A stretch of DNA of 64,000 bases from an uncultured Gammaproteobacteria bacterium (GTDB lineage Bacteria > Patescibacteriota > Patescibacteriia > Veblenbacterales > UBA10138), in assembly GCA_964453605.1 (NCBI GenBank), contig CAYVOI010000001.1, positions 676,095-740,094 of the forward strand, in the 5' to 3' direction. Positions 1 through 8,217 of the stretch are shown here, in pieces. The position numbers were made by a program, and so were the translations under genes. The notes under the pieces are model-generated. The model had not been told where the DNA came from. It did no database searches and saw nothing but the letters and a program-made list of their open reading frames with translations. How positions within the stretch are numbered: the stretch's first letter is position 1; each line of letters begins with the position of its first letter.

Positions 1-417
1 GACACCTGGCACCGCGACACTGCCTACAACACCACGCCAGCCGACGCTGAGGCAGTACAGCTTATCGACCATGTGGCGGGCAGCACGCCCTACGTAGTAC
101 TTGCGAACCAAGCCGTGGCTGCGGCGGCCATACGCGAGTTTGGCTTCACACACTACTACGCGGGCAACTTCTACTACCCTGTGCCCACCGGCACTAACCC
201 TCTGTACCAGGTCTACAGCGCTGCCACGGAAACTGGCACACCCACACGCGCCACCGTAGCCCGCGCCGCTGAGCTCGGTGGCGTAAACCAAGTGTACCTG
301 GTTTTAAACCGCTACTGGGCCGACTTCCTAACGCTGACGCCGGTAGCAATTAAAGAAGCTAACCAGCGCTGGGTCGTAGCCGACGACCGCGTAGAGGTGT
401 TCAGGTACGATTTCTGA
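1..417 (+). CDS. hypothetical protein, 5'-partial (the reading frame is open from base 1)
   Basis: ORF 73..417 is in frame 1 with no stop back to position 1. One of only three plus-strand genes in the window. A hairpin at ~440-470 (catgggtg...cacccatg) follows the stop. Confidence 0.4.
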   Translation, partial: DTWHRDTAYNTTPADAEAVQLIDHVAGSTPYVVLANQAVAAAAIREFGFTHYYAGNFYYPVPTGTNPLYQVYSAATETGTPTRATVARAAELGGVNQVYLVLNRYWADFLTLTPVAIKEANQRWVVADDRVEVFRYDF

Positions 418-556
418 TAGCGTAGTAATACTAAAAGACATGGGTGAGCGATATTGCTGCCCACCCATGCATGTATGAAGGGGTACCTATTGTTGGTACT
501 TAGGTAGTATACCTATGCCCACGACACGGGTCAAGGACATCGCCTGTGATGATGGC

Positions 557-1786
557 TCACGCCAGGGCGACAAGTTTTTTAACGTAACCCTCTAGAGTTC
601 GGTCAGCAAAAGCGCGGCTCCCCTTGAGCCCAGCGCGCAACAAGTCGCCCGGATTATCTAAACACCAGGTAAGCTTCTGTACAAACTCCTGCCTATCGGC
701 TGGGGTATAGAGCCAGCCAGTTTCACCCTCACGAATAAGCTCAGGTATACCACCAACGCGTACCGCCAGTACCGGCGTACCAGCCAGGAACGACTTAGCA
801 ATGGAACCTGGTGAGTTCTCGTAGCAGAGAGATGGCACAATAGTGAGGTGGGCCGAGGTGTAGTGTTCATCTATTTCCGCTTGTGTTACTAACCAGTGGA
901 GTTTGAAGCGACTATCATTTCCCATAAGAGCTCGCGTCTGCTGCAAACGCGCCTTGTCACCGCGAGCCACTAGGTGGAGCTCAAAATCTTGCCGCGGCAA
1001 CGTTTTCAGTGCCTCTATCAGCCAGAACACGCCCTTGTGCACCTCGAGCTGGCCATCGTAGAGAAGCTTCAGCGGCTTGTTCGTAGTTTTTGTATGTGGT
1101 TGGTTCTGAGCCAGCGGCACCGGGTTCGGCAGTACAGCAGTCTTGCTATGAGCGAAAAACCCACGAGCGCTGTGCCGCTCCAGCAGCCACTCAGACGGTG
1201 ACACGGCTACCGCCACCGGGGCAAACAAACGCTTGGTACACTGCTGGTACAACCTCATGGGTAGGCTGAGCTTATCTTTACCCCAGAGGAACAGGCCCGA
1301 GGGGTGCAGGAGCTGCACATCGTGCAGGATATGAATCTGCGTAAGGCCTAATCGCTTTACCGCGCGTGGGATGAGGAACGAAAGCCCCATCAAGTTCGAG
1401 CTTATAACCAGGTCGGGTTGAGTACTTCGTAGTAGACGTTCAACCACTCGAGCCGCTGGCACGTTCCACAAGTTCCAAAGCTGCCACAGGAACCGCACGG
1501 GGTACGGCACGCGGGCAGCGTACAGGTAGTGGTAGAGGTTCAAGGGGAAAAACCGGTACACCTGTACCCCACCCTCCTCGTGGAGCTTGGGCCTAAAGCT
1601 CTTAACACTCTTCCATGGCACCGTGGTTATAACCGTAACCTGGTGCCCCTGCCGCCTGAGCTCAAGCACCATCTCGTGGGCCAGGTACTCAGCCCCGCCA
1701 CGAACAAACGGCGGGTACAAGTTGGTGAGTAGAGCAATCTTCATCCCGGTAGTAGAACTTTGAAACGTCTCTGCATAAACAGACAT
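557..1786 (-). CDS. glycosyltransferase family 4 (GT1 domain). The likely true start is the internal MKIALLTNLYPP.
   Basis: N-terminal 'KIALLTNLYPPFVRGGAE' and a C-terminal GT1 'GxPELIxEGETGWL' E-x7-E-like motif. Confidence 0.75.
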   Translation of the reverse strand: MSVYAETFQSSTTGMKIALLTNLYPPFVRGGAEYLAHEMVLELRRQGHQVTVITTVPWKSVKSFRPKLHEEGGVQVYRFFPLNLYHYLYAARVPYPVRFLWQLWNLWNVPAARVVERLLRSTQPDLVISSNLMGLSFLIPRAVKRLGLTQIHILHDVQLLHPSGLFLWGKDKLSLPMRLYQQCTKRLFAPVAVAVSPSEWLLERHSARGFFAHSKTAVLPNPVPLAQNQPHTKTTNKPLKLLYDGQLEVHKGVFWLIEALKTLPRQDFELHLVARGDKARLQQTRALMGNDSRFKLHWLVTQAEIDEHYTSAHLTIVPSLCYENSPGSIAKSFLAGTPVLAVRVGGIPELIREGETGWLYTPADRQEFVQKLTWCLDNPGDLLRAGLKGSRAFADRTLEGYVKKLVALA

Positions 1787-1903
1787 ACGTTAAGCCGACG
1801 CGTTAGCAATCTACGCCCTTGACTGATTTTACGATAGCGCCCCCGACACTGAGCGTCCAGTTTGTACTTGACGAACATAACCATTCAAAGTTTCACTACC
1901 GGG

Positions 1904-3028
1904 TCATAACGCTTGTCGGTACAGCTGCCGCAGCCGTTCGCCAATCGCTTCCCAGCGGTACTCTTGTTGAACCACCGCGTGGCCCCGGTCACCAAAAGCC
2001 CGTGCCTCTTGGGGCGAGCCTAACAGATGGTCGAGCGCAGCGGCCAGCGCCGTGGGGTCACCCGGTTGCACCAGCAAACCAGTCTGGTGCTCGCGGACCA
2101 CAGCCCTCACCCCGGGGAGCCTCGTAGCTACAACCGGAATGCCACAGGCCATGGCTTGGAGCAGCACTAGGCCAAAGGTTTCGGCTCCGCCTGAACTTGG
2201 TAGCACGAACACCGAAGCCAACCTAAAGTAGCTCGGCAGCTCGCCCTCAGGCACAAACCCCACAAACTGCACCTGGCGCCCCAAGCCCAAAGCCTTAGCC
2301 TGCATTTCATAGGTCGGCCGAGCATTACCTTTCCCAACTATCACCAGACGCCAGGTACGGTGCTTAAGGTGCGCTAGAGCTTGGAGCAGCACGCTTACAC
2401 CCTTAAAGGCGTGAGCTGCATCAAGCGAGCCAACAAAAAGTACTACGGGCATGTGCTCAGGAATGCCAAGAGAGTGTTCCAACGCTTGCGACGGTTCTCC
2501 TGGCTGGTACTGCTCGGCAACCCCGGGTGGCAGCACCTGCCACTTGTCTCGGTGCCCCAAGCGCGGCAGCGCCACGGTTTCTAGGTAGTCTTGCGTTTGC
2601 GTTATGAGGAGACTAGCTCGCTTAGCCAGGTAAGCCTCACTACCAGTACCTAAGTGCCGGAGGAACCAACCCTTTAACCCTCCGGCTTCAGCCACCATAT
2701 GGTACGTAACTACGAGCTTAACTCGCCGCGGTAAAAACCGTAGGAACTCTTGGGCGCCAAAGAAAGGGTAGTGCAGGTGTACGACATCAAACTTCCTCAG
2801 GCGCCAGATGAGCTGCGGCAGGAGCGCGGCATTGCCAAAGCTGCCCCAGGGTTTAAGTGCCACCACCCGAACGCCAGGTGCATTCGTGAACGAACAGCGA
2901 CCACCATAGCGTGGTGTAAACACTGTCACCTCGTGCTCAGGAGCCAACAGCCGAGCGGTGTGGTAGGCCGTATGGCCAATGCCCCCACCATAGGGCGGGT
3001 ACACACAAGTAAGTACAGCAACACGCAT
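1904..3028 (-). CDS. glycosyltransferase family 4 (GT1 domain)
   Basis: 'MRVAVLTCVYPPYGGGIGHTAY' N-terminus and a C-terminal 'SSGGAETFGLVLLQAMACGIPVVAT...GLLV' GT1 signature. Confidence 0.8.
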   Translation of the reverse strand: MRVAVLTCVYPPYGGGIGHTAYHTARLLAPEHEVTVFTPRYGGRCSFTNAPGVRVVALKPWGSFGNAALLPQLIWRLRKFDVVHLHYPFFGAQEFLRFLPRRVKLVVTYHMVAEAGGLKGWFLRHLGTGSEAYLAKRASLLITQTQDYLETVALPRLGHRDKWQVLPPGVAEQYQPGEPSQALEHSLGIPEHMPVVLFVGSLDAAHAFKGVSVLLQALAHLKHRTWRLVIVGKGNARPTYEMQAKALGLGRQVQFVGFVPEGELPSYFRLASVFVLPSSGGAETFGLVLLQAMACGIPVVATRLPGVRAVVREHQTGLLVQPGDPTALAAALDHLLGSPQEARAFGDRGHAVVQQEYRWEAIGERLRQLYRQAL

Positions 3029-3032
3029 AGCC

Positions 3033-4100
3033 TTAAGAACGAATAAGTGGATACAGCAACCACCAGACCGCGCGGCTCACAGGGTTAAATACGTAGTCTA
3101 CTACTGGGCTCTCTACCTCCTGAAAGGTAACACTAGCCGAAGCGTAACGCAGCATCTCCCTGTCACTTAACTTACCCAAGGTCCTGAGCTGTCGGCGCCG
3201 ATGCGTAATGCCGACCCAAGTACGAGGGCGCAGTACGTACGCATAAGCCTTAAGCTTCTCAGCTGCCCAACCTTGAAAAATCGCTACCAACAAAAGCGGC
3301 ACTTCAGACAGAAGCCAAAGCACAATAATGAAGGCCAGTGTCTGTGGTTTAAAATAGGACAACCACACAACAAACCGATTACGCTCCATAAAGTAGTAGC
3401 TCTGGGTACTCCGGTGAAACTCGTAGTAGTGTACGACCTTGGCCTCAGGACAAACGGCCAAGGCTAATCCGGCTAGGCGAAAACGAAAGCAGAGCTCAAG
3501 GTCTTCATGGTACATGAAGAGCTCTTCATCAAACAAACCGCATTGACGTAAGGCGGACGACCGTATGAGCACCGCCGCACATGAAAGGTATGGCGGCTCA
3601 GTACCTGCTTTGAGCCAGGGAAGTCGCGCCTCAGCTTCAGCATAGGTTGCCTGGTACCCACCAGCAAAACCAAAACCTAGGTAGTGGAAACAGTTACCAA
3701 GAGAGTTCACCTGACCGTTGGGTAGGAATATGGCTGGCTGCACGGCAGCTACAGTGGGACTATGTGCCAAAACTGCCACCAAGCGTGATAAGGCACCCTC
3801 CGTGAGCTCTGCGTCTTGGTTTAAGAGCATGACCGCCTCCGCGCCGTCATTCATAGCCTGCTGTATACCAACGTTGTTGCCCCCAGCAAAACCTAGGTTT
3901 TGCTGTTCTCGGATGAGCCTAACGGTGGGAAAGCTTTGCTCTACCAAACGAGCAGACCCGTCGGCCGAAGCGTTGTCAACCACATAGACCGGCGCCTCGG
4001 GTGCAAAACGCTGACACGACAACAAGGCCTGGCCAAGCCAGCGCTCGCCGTTGTAGCTCACCATAACAATCGCCGTGCGCATACCCCAAGACCACGCCAC
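3033..4100 (-). CDS. glycosyltransferase family 2
   Basis: 'TAIVMVSYNGERWL...YVVDNASADGS' GT2 A-domain with a DxD-like 'NQDAEL' motif and C-terminal TM helices. Confidence 0.75.
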   Translation of the reverse strand: MAWSWGMRTAIVMVSYNGERWLGQALLSCQRFAPEAPVYVVDNASADGSARLVEQSFPTVRLIREQQNLGFAGGNNVGIQQAMNDGAEAVMLLNQDAELTEGALSRLVAVLAHSPTVAAVQPAIFLPNGQVNSLGNCFHYLGFGFAGGYQATYAEAEARLPWLKAGTEPPYLSCAAVLIRSSALRQCGLFDEELFMYHEDLELCFRFRLAGLALAVCPEAKVVHYYEFHRSTQSYYFMERNRFVVWLSYFKPQTLAFIIVLWLLSEVPLLLVAIFQGWAAEKLKAYAYVLRPRTWVGITHRRRQLRTLGKLSDREMLRYASASVTFQEVESPVVDYVFNPVSRAVWWLLYPLIRS

Positions 4101-4547
4101 CTACTTCACCCGTGCCTTACGTGAACGTAGGTAGCTATCGAGTGAAAACTTATCAGGTTCAAACCCTGTGAGCGCCAACGCAGCACCCAAGAGCCCGACG
4201 TTTTTCCAAATAACGTTAAAGTTAAACAAGGCAAAGAATAGCAGGAACAGAACAGTAGAGAGTAACGCAGCTAGCTCTAGCCAGAGCCCGGTAACTAGCA
4301 AAAGGCCTAGGGCTATTTCGGCTACCGATTGCAGCCGTACGAACACCTCCGGGTCAAATGGTAACCAGTAGAGCGTGCTCACAAAGTCTATAGCCTCGGC
4401 TCGATTGGTACAGACGCCGATAGCTCCAGGAATATCGATTACCTTGCTGAGGCCCGACCACAGAAACACCAAACCTAAGGCCAGGCGCAACACCAAGGCG
4501 GTGTAAGGTGCAAGGCGGCGGCGCCAGGCTGTAAGCATAGCTGACAT
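4101..4547 (-). CDS. DoxX-family membrane protein
   Basis: 148 aa with 4 predicted TM helices. 'LRLALGLVFLWSGLSK' is typical of DoxX. Confidence 0.6.
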   Translation of the reverse strand: MSAMLTAWRRRLAPYTALVLRLALGLVFLWSGLSKVIDIPGAIGVCTNRAEAIDFVSTLYWLPFDPEVFVRLQSVAEIALGLLLVTGLWLELAALLSTVLFLLFFALFNFNVIWKNVGLLGAALALTGFEPDKFSLDSYLRSRKARVK

Positions 4548-4549
4548 AC

Positions 4550-4963
4550 CTAGGCACTACGGTTTTCGGCCTTACCTTTACCGTCCGCACCCTTTTCTTC
4601 AGGCTTCAGGGCCAGCGTGCGCACCAGCGTAGTTATGTTGCGATTAAGCTGCTCCAAGCGTACAAACACCTTGAACGAAAGGTAGAACAGGAGCAGGAGG
4701 GCCAAGTACACCACCAGGTCACTCCCCCGCCCTACACCTAACACCTGGGCCAGGTATGAAGCTACCTCCGGCACCAACCCCACCACACCAACCGCGGCCC
4801 AGAGTGCAAACCACTCCACAAAGGCACCAGGCGTAAGCTCCCCGGACCGTAAGCGGCCCCACAGCCGCCACCACACCGCGAGCACCACTAAGAGTATAAA
4901 AAATTGGATACCTGACATAAAGGTACTAGCGCACGAGCTTACCGAGCAGTAAGTCTTTAACAA
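4550..4963 (-). CDS. small membrane protein, DUF2304-like (often a GT2 partner)
   Basis: 137 aa with 3 TM helices and a charged C-tail. It sits immediately upstream of a DPM1-like GT2, which is the usual DUF2304 context. Confidence 0.5.
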   Translation of the reverse strand: MLKTYCSVSSCASTFMSGIQFFILLVVLAVWWRLWGRLRSGELTPGAFVEWFALWAAVGVVGLVPEVASYLAQVLGVGRGSDLVVYLALLLLFYLSFKVFVRLEQLNRNITTLVRTLALKPEEKGADGKGKAENRSA

Positions 4964-5600
4964 TTTTGAGGGCCGGGAGCCGGCCCTGCTTGCTGCCGAG
5001 TTTGCTCTCGGTAGTATAGCGCACTGTCACTGGCACCTCTACCAGAGGTACGTGCAAACGTACCAACTCATCTACCACTTCAGAGCTGTAGGCCATGCGG
5101 TCCTGGGCAAGGTGCATGGATCTCAGAGCCTCGGCGGTAAAAGCACGGAACCCGTTGTGGGCGTCGGTGAGCTTGATACCTGAAACTGCCCAGGTGAAGA
5201 GTATAGCAAGCTTAAGCGTGAAACGCCGGAGGGTTGGCAACCCGAGCGTGGTACCCAAGAAACGCGAGCCGAACACGGCACTGGGGGCCCCTGGGGTCAG
5301 CTTAGCAATGAGTGTCGGGATTTCCGTGGCCTCAAACTGACCATCAGCATCAAAGTGAACTACCACATCGGCTCCCTGCGCCAAGGCGTAGGCCGTGCCG
5401 GTGGTAAGGGCTGCCCCGTAACCACGATTAACCCCATGCCGCAGCACCACTGCACCAGCCTCACGCGCCACCTCAGCCGTACGGTCAGTTGACCCATCAT
5501 CAACCACTACCGTAAACTGCGCAAACGGCCGTACCGCAGCAACTGCTTTGGCCACGTTACGTTCTTCTTGGCACGCTGGTATAACCACCGCCACCTTCAT
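4926..5600 (-). CDS. glycosyltransferase family 2, dolichyl/polyprenyl-phosphate sugar transferase-like
   Basis: 'MKVAVVIPACQEERNVAKAV...VVDDGSTDRT' and 'VVHFDADGQ' (DAD motif). ~224 aa, typical of DPM1/GtrB-like enzymes. Confidence 0.8.
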   Translation of the reverse strand: MKVAVVIPACQEERNVAKAVAAVRPFAQFTVVVDDGSTDRTAEVAREAGAVVLRHGVNRGYGAALTTGTAYALAQGADVVVHFDADGQFEATEIPTLIAKLTPGAPSAVFGSRFLGTTLGLPTLRRFTLKLAILFTWAVSGIKLTDAHNGFRAFTAEALRSMHLAQDRMAYSSEVVDELVRLHVPLVEVPVTVRYTTESKLGSKQGRLPALKIVKDLLLGKLVR

Positions 5601-6523
5601 AAGTACTTTGGGTTATCTTTAAACCACTTGAGTGTCTGGCGTAAACCTTCAGTCAGGGGTACCTGCGGCTTCCAGCCCAACTCGCGCTCAGCCCGCCGCG
5701 GGCTCAAGGCACTCCGCTTAACATCACCCGGCCGGAGCGGCCCGTACTCCACCTGGGGCACGGTGCCCACTACCTCACCAAACCGCACCACGAGCTCGCG
5801 CACGGAGATGTCACGCCCAGTACTGAGATTATACACACCTGTACCCTGTTGCAGGGCCGCCAGCATACCCTGGGCCACGTCGGTCACGTAAATGTAATCA
5901 CGAGTTTGGTCACCGTGACCATGAATGGTAAGTGGTTGCCCTACGGTGAGTGCACGAGCGAACACACCAACTACCCCACCCTCACCACCCGCACCAGCCC
6001 GCGGGCCATAGACGTTGGCTGGACGCACCACTACAGTAGCGAGCCCCGAGGTTCGGGTGTAGTAGTCAAGGTAACGCTCAATGGTGTACTTTGACAAGGC
6101 ATAGGGTGAACGAGGATCAAGGTTTTCGGTTTCCACGGTCGGAATGGTAGTAGGTTCGCCGTAGACCGCGGCCGAAGAGGTAAAGAGCACCTTCTTCACA
6201 CTCGAGCCAGCTAGAGCGTTAAGCAGATTCAGGCTACCTACAATGTTTACCTCAGCATCGTGCACCGGGTCGGCTTGCGAACGCGGTACGCTCGATTGCG
6301 CCGCCAGGTGGCAAACGTAGGTAGGCTTGAGACGGGCAATTACTGTGCTGAGCTTCGGCGAGCAGACGTCGAGCTTGTAGAACGTAGCCGCCTTGGGCAC
6401 AAAGCCTCGGCGCCCGCTCGACAGGTCATCCACCACGCTCACCTGAAAATGAGCGCGGAGGGCAGCTTCGCAGAGGTGGGAACCTATGAACCCGGCGCCG
6501 CCAGTTATGAGAACGTGTTCCAT
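5597..6523 (-). CDS. NAD-dependent epimerase/dehydratase (UDP-glucose 4-epimerase-like SDR)
   Basis: 'VLITGGAGFIGSHLCE' Rossmann motif, YxxxK 'YALSK', ~308 aa. Start overlaps the upstream gene stop by 4 bp. Confidence 0.8.
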   Translation of the reverse strand: MEHVLITGGAGFIGSHLCEAALRAHFQVSVVDDLSSGRRGFVPKAATFYKLDVCSPKLSTVIARLKPTYVCHLAAQSSVPRSQADPVHDAEVNIVGSLNLLNALAGSSVKKVLFTSSAAVYGEPTTIPTVETENLDPRSPYALSKYTIERYLDYYTRTSGLATVVVRPANVYGPRAGAGGEGGVVGVFARALTVGQPLTIHGHGDQTRDYIYVTDVAQGMLAALQQGTGVYNLSTGRDISVRELVVRFGEVVGTVPQVEYGPLRPGDVKRSALSPRRAERELGWKPQVPLTEGLRQTLKWFKDNPKYL

Positions 6524-6697
6524 AGAGCAAGGCTTACCCTAGCCAGCGCTAGTCAGTAGTGCTGCCGCGACCGCGGTTCGCAGGGGCCTGCCGCCAGAGC
6601 TCAGCGACCGCCCCGTGACTAGCCCGGTCGCAGAGCTTAGCAGGCTGACCCTTGGTCACCCCTGCAACAGTGGCGAAGGTAGCAACCAGCATAGCAC

Positions 6698-7717
6698 TCA
6701 GGCCGTCGCTGGTATCCCGAGCATGCGGTGGTGGGCACGGAAGTAGTCAAGGGTGGCGGTTAAACCTTGCTCCAGAGGAATGAGCGGGAACCAGCCCAAC
6801 GTTTCTTTAGCCTTCGTAATATCAGGTAAGCCCTGCCTGACTTGGTACGGCAAGGGCTCTGCCGCGTCAACACCGACCTTGACTCCGACGAGCTTCTGAA
6901 TGAGGTCGGCCACCTCGCCAAACGTCCGCTGCTCTGGTGAACCAAGGTTAAAGGTACCTCCCGCCTCGTAGTCCATGAGCTTCAGCAAGCCTTCTACGGT
7001 GTCGCTGACGTAGCAGAAGGTTGACCGGGCTTCGGGTGAACCGTAAATGGTGAGTGGCTTACCTTGGAGTGCGTGCACAATAAAGTCGGGAATCATACGG
7101 CCGTCTGCCAGCTTCATGCGTGGGCCAAAGGTGTTGAAGATACGCGCGATGCGGACACTCAGGCCACGGTGCATACCGTAGTTCGTCACCAGGCTCTCAG
7201 CAAAGCGCTTACCCTCGTTGTAGCAGCTCCTGGGGCCCACCGGGTCTATGAAACCCCAGTAATCTTCCTTAAACGGTACGTGATCAGGTGGTTCGCCGTA
7301 GATGGCTGAGGTGGAAGCGTGGAGGAAGCGAGCACCGTAGTTCAGGGCGAGCTCCAACAGTACCTTAGTGCCCTCAGCGTTAGCCCGGAGTGTTTCTATT
7401 GGTAAACGGTTGTACTCACGGGGACTGGTCGGGCAGGCCAGGTTGTAAATTTCCTGTACGCCCTGAAAACGTACCTTGAATACCTCCAGGTCTGGTAAGG
7501 TATCAAGGTCCAAAGGCTCTACAATATCATGGCGCACGAACTTAAAATGTGGATTCTGGAGTAGAAGGTCGATGTTCTCCTCGCCGCCCGTGATAAAGCT
7601 ATCAATGCAAATAACGTTCCTGGTCTTTACCAGCTGGTCGCAGAGGTGGGAACCTATGAACCCGGCGCCACCAGCCACGAGTGCTGTAGGGCGGTCTAAA
7701 ATGTTCTTGTACGCCAT
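6698..7717 (-). CDS. NAD-dependent epimerase/dehydratase, UDP-glucuronate decarboxylase (UXS)-like
   Basis: 'ALVAGGAGFIGSHLCDQL' and 'YNEGKR' (YxxxK). Overall UXS-like length and motifs. Confidence 0.65.
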   Translation of the reverse strand: MAYKNILDRPTALVAGGAGFIGSHLCDQLVKTRNVICIDSFITGGEENIDLLLQNPHFKFVRHDIVEPLDLDTLPDLEVFKVRFQGVQEIYNLACPTSPREYNRLPIETLRANAEGTKVLLELALNYGARFLHASTSAIYGEPPDHVPFKEDYWGFIDPVGPRSCYNEGKRFAESLVTNYGMHRGLSVRIARIFNTFGPRMKLADGRMIPDFIVHALQGKPLTIYGSPEARSTFCYVSDTVEGLLKLMDYEAGGTFNLGSPEQRTFGEVADLIQKLVGVKVGVDAAEPLPYQVRQGLPDITKAKETLGWFPLIPLEQGLTATLDYFRAHHRMLGIPATA

Positions 7718-7767
7718 ACGAAAGAGATAGTAAGTACCTAAGGTCTACCCTTAGTGTAGCCAAAAAT

Positions 7768-8214
7768 TCACGAACGTTCAATCGGCACCGCTGGTGCAAA
7801 AATGTACTGCCGGAGGGTAGTAAAGTAGACTAGCACAGCTACCGAGAGCACCAGTGCCTTAGCCAGCACATCGTAGACACCAAACGAACGCACCAAGAGC
7901 CACATACCAAACTGAATAAATGCCAGGTAGCAAAGGGTTACAACGAGGTACCGGAGGTACTGGCCAACTAGCGCCTGGCCGCTCCCCCGAAAGGTGAATT
8001 TCCTATTCCAGGCAAAATTATTGGTAGCGGCGCAGAGCGAAGACAGGGTGCTGGCGACTATGAAGTGCTGCTGCCAAAAGGCAAAGGGGCGCGTGAGCAG
8101 CAGGTAGACACCAAAGTCTACCATCGCACCACTGGCCCCCACCACGGCAAAACGGCTGAACTGCTTGAGCCAGGACCTGTACTCCAACCAGAGGCCGGCC
8201 AGCGTGCCTGCCAT
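7768..8214 (-). CDS. GtrA-family polysaccharide-biosynthesis membrane protein
   Basis: 148 aa with 4 TM helices. 'KQFSRFAVVGASGAMVDFGVYLLL' is typical of GtrA. Confidence 0.65.
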   Translation of the reverse strand: MAGTLAGLWLEYRSWLKQFSRFAVVGASGAMVDFGVYLLLTRPFAFWQQHFIVASTLSSLCAATNNFAWNRKFTFRGSGQALVGQYLRYLVVTLCYLAFIQFGMWLLVRSFGVYDVLAKALVLSVAVLVYFTTLRQYIFAPAVPIERS

Positions 8215-8217
8215 ATC

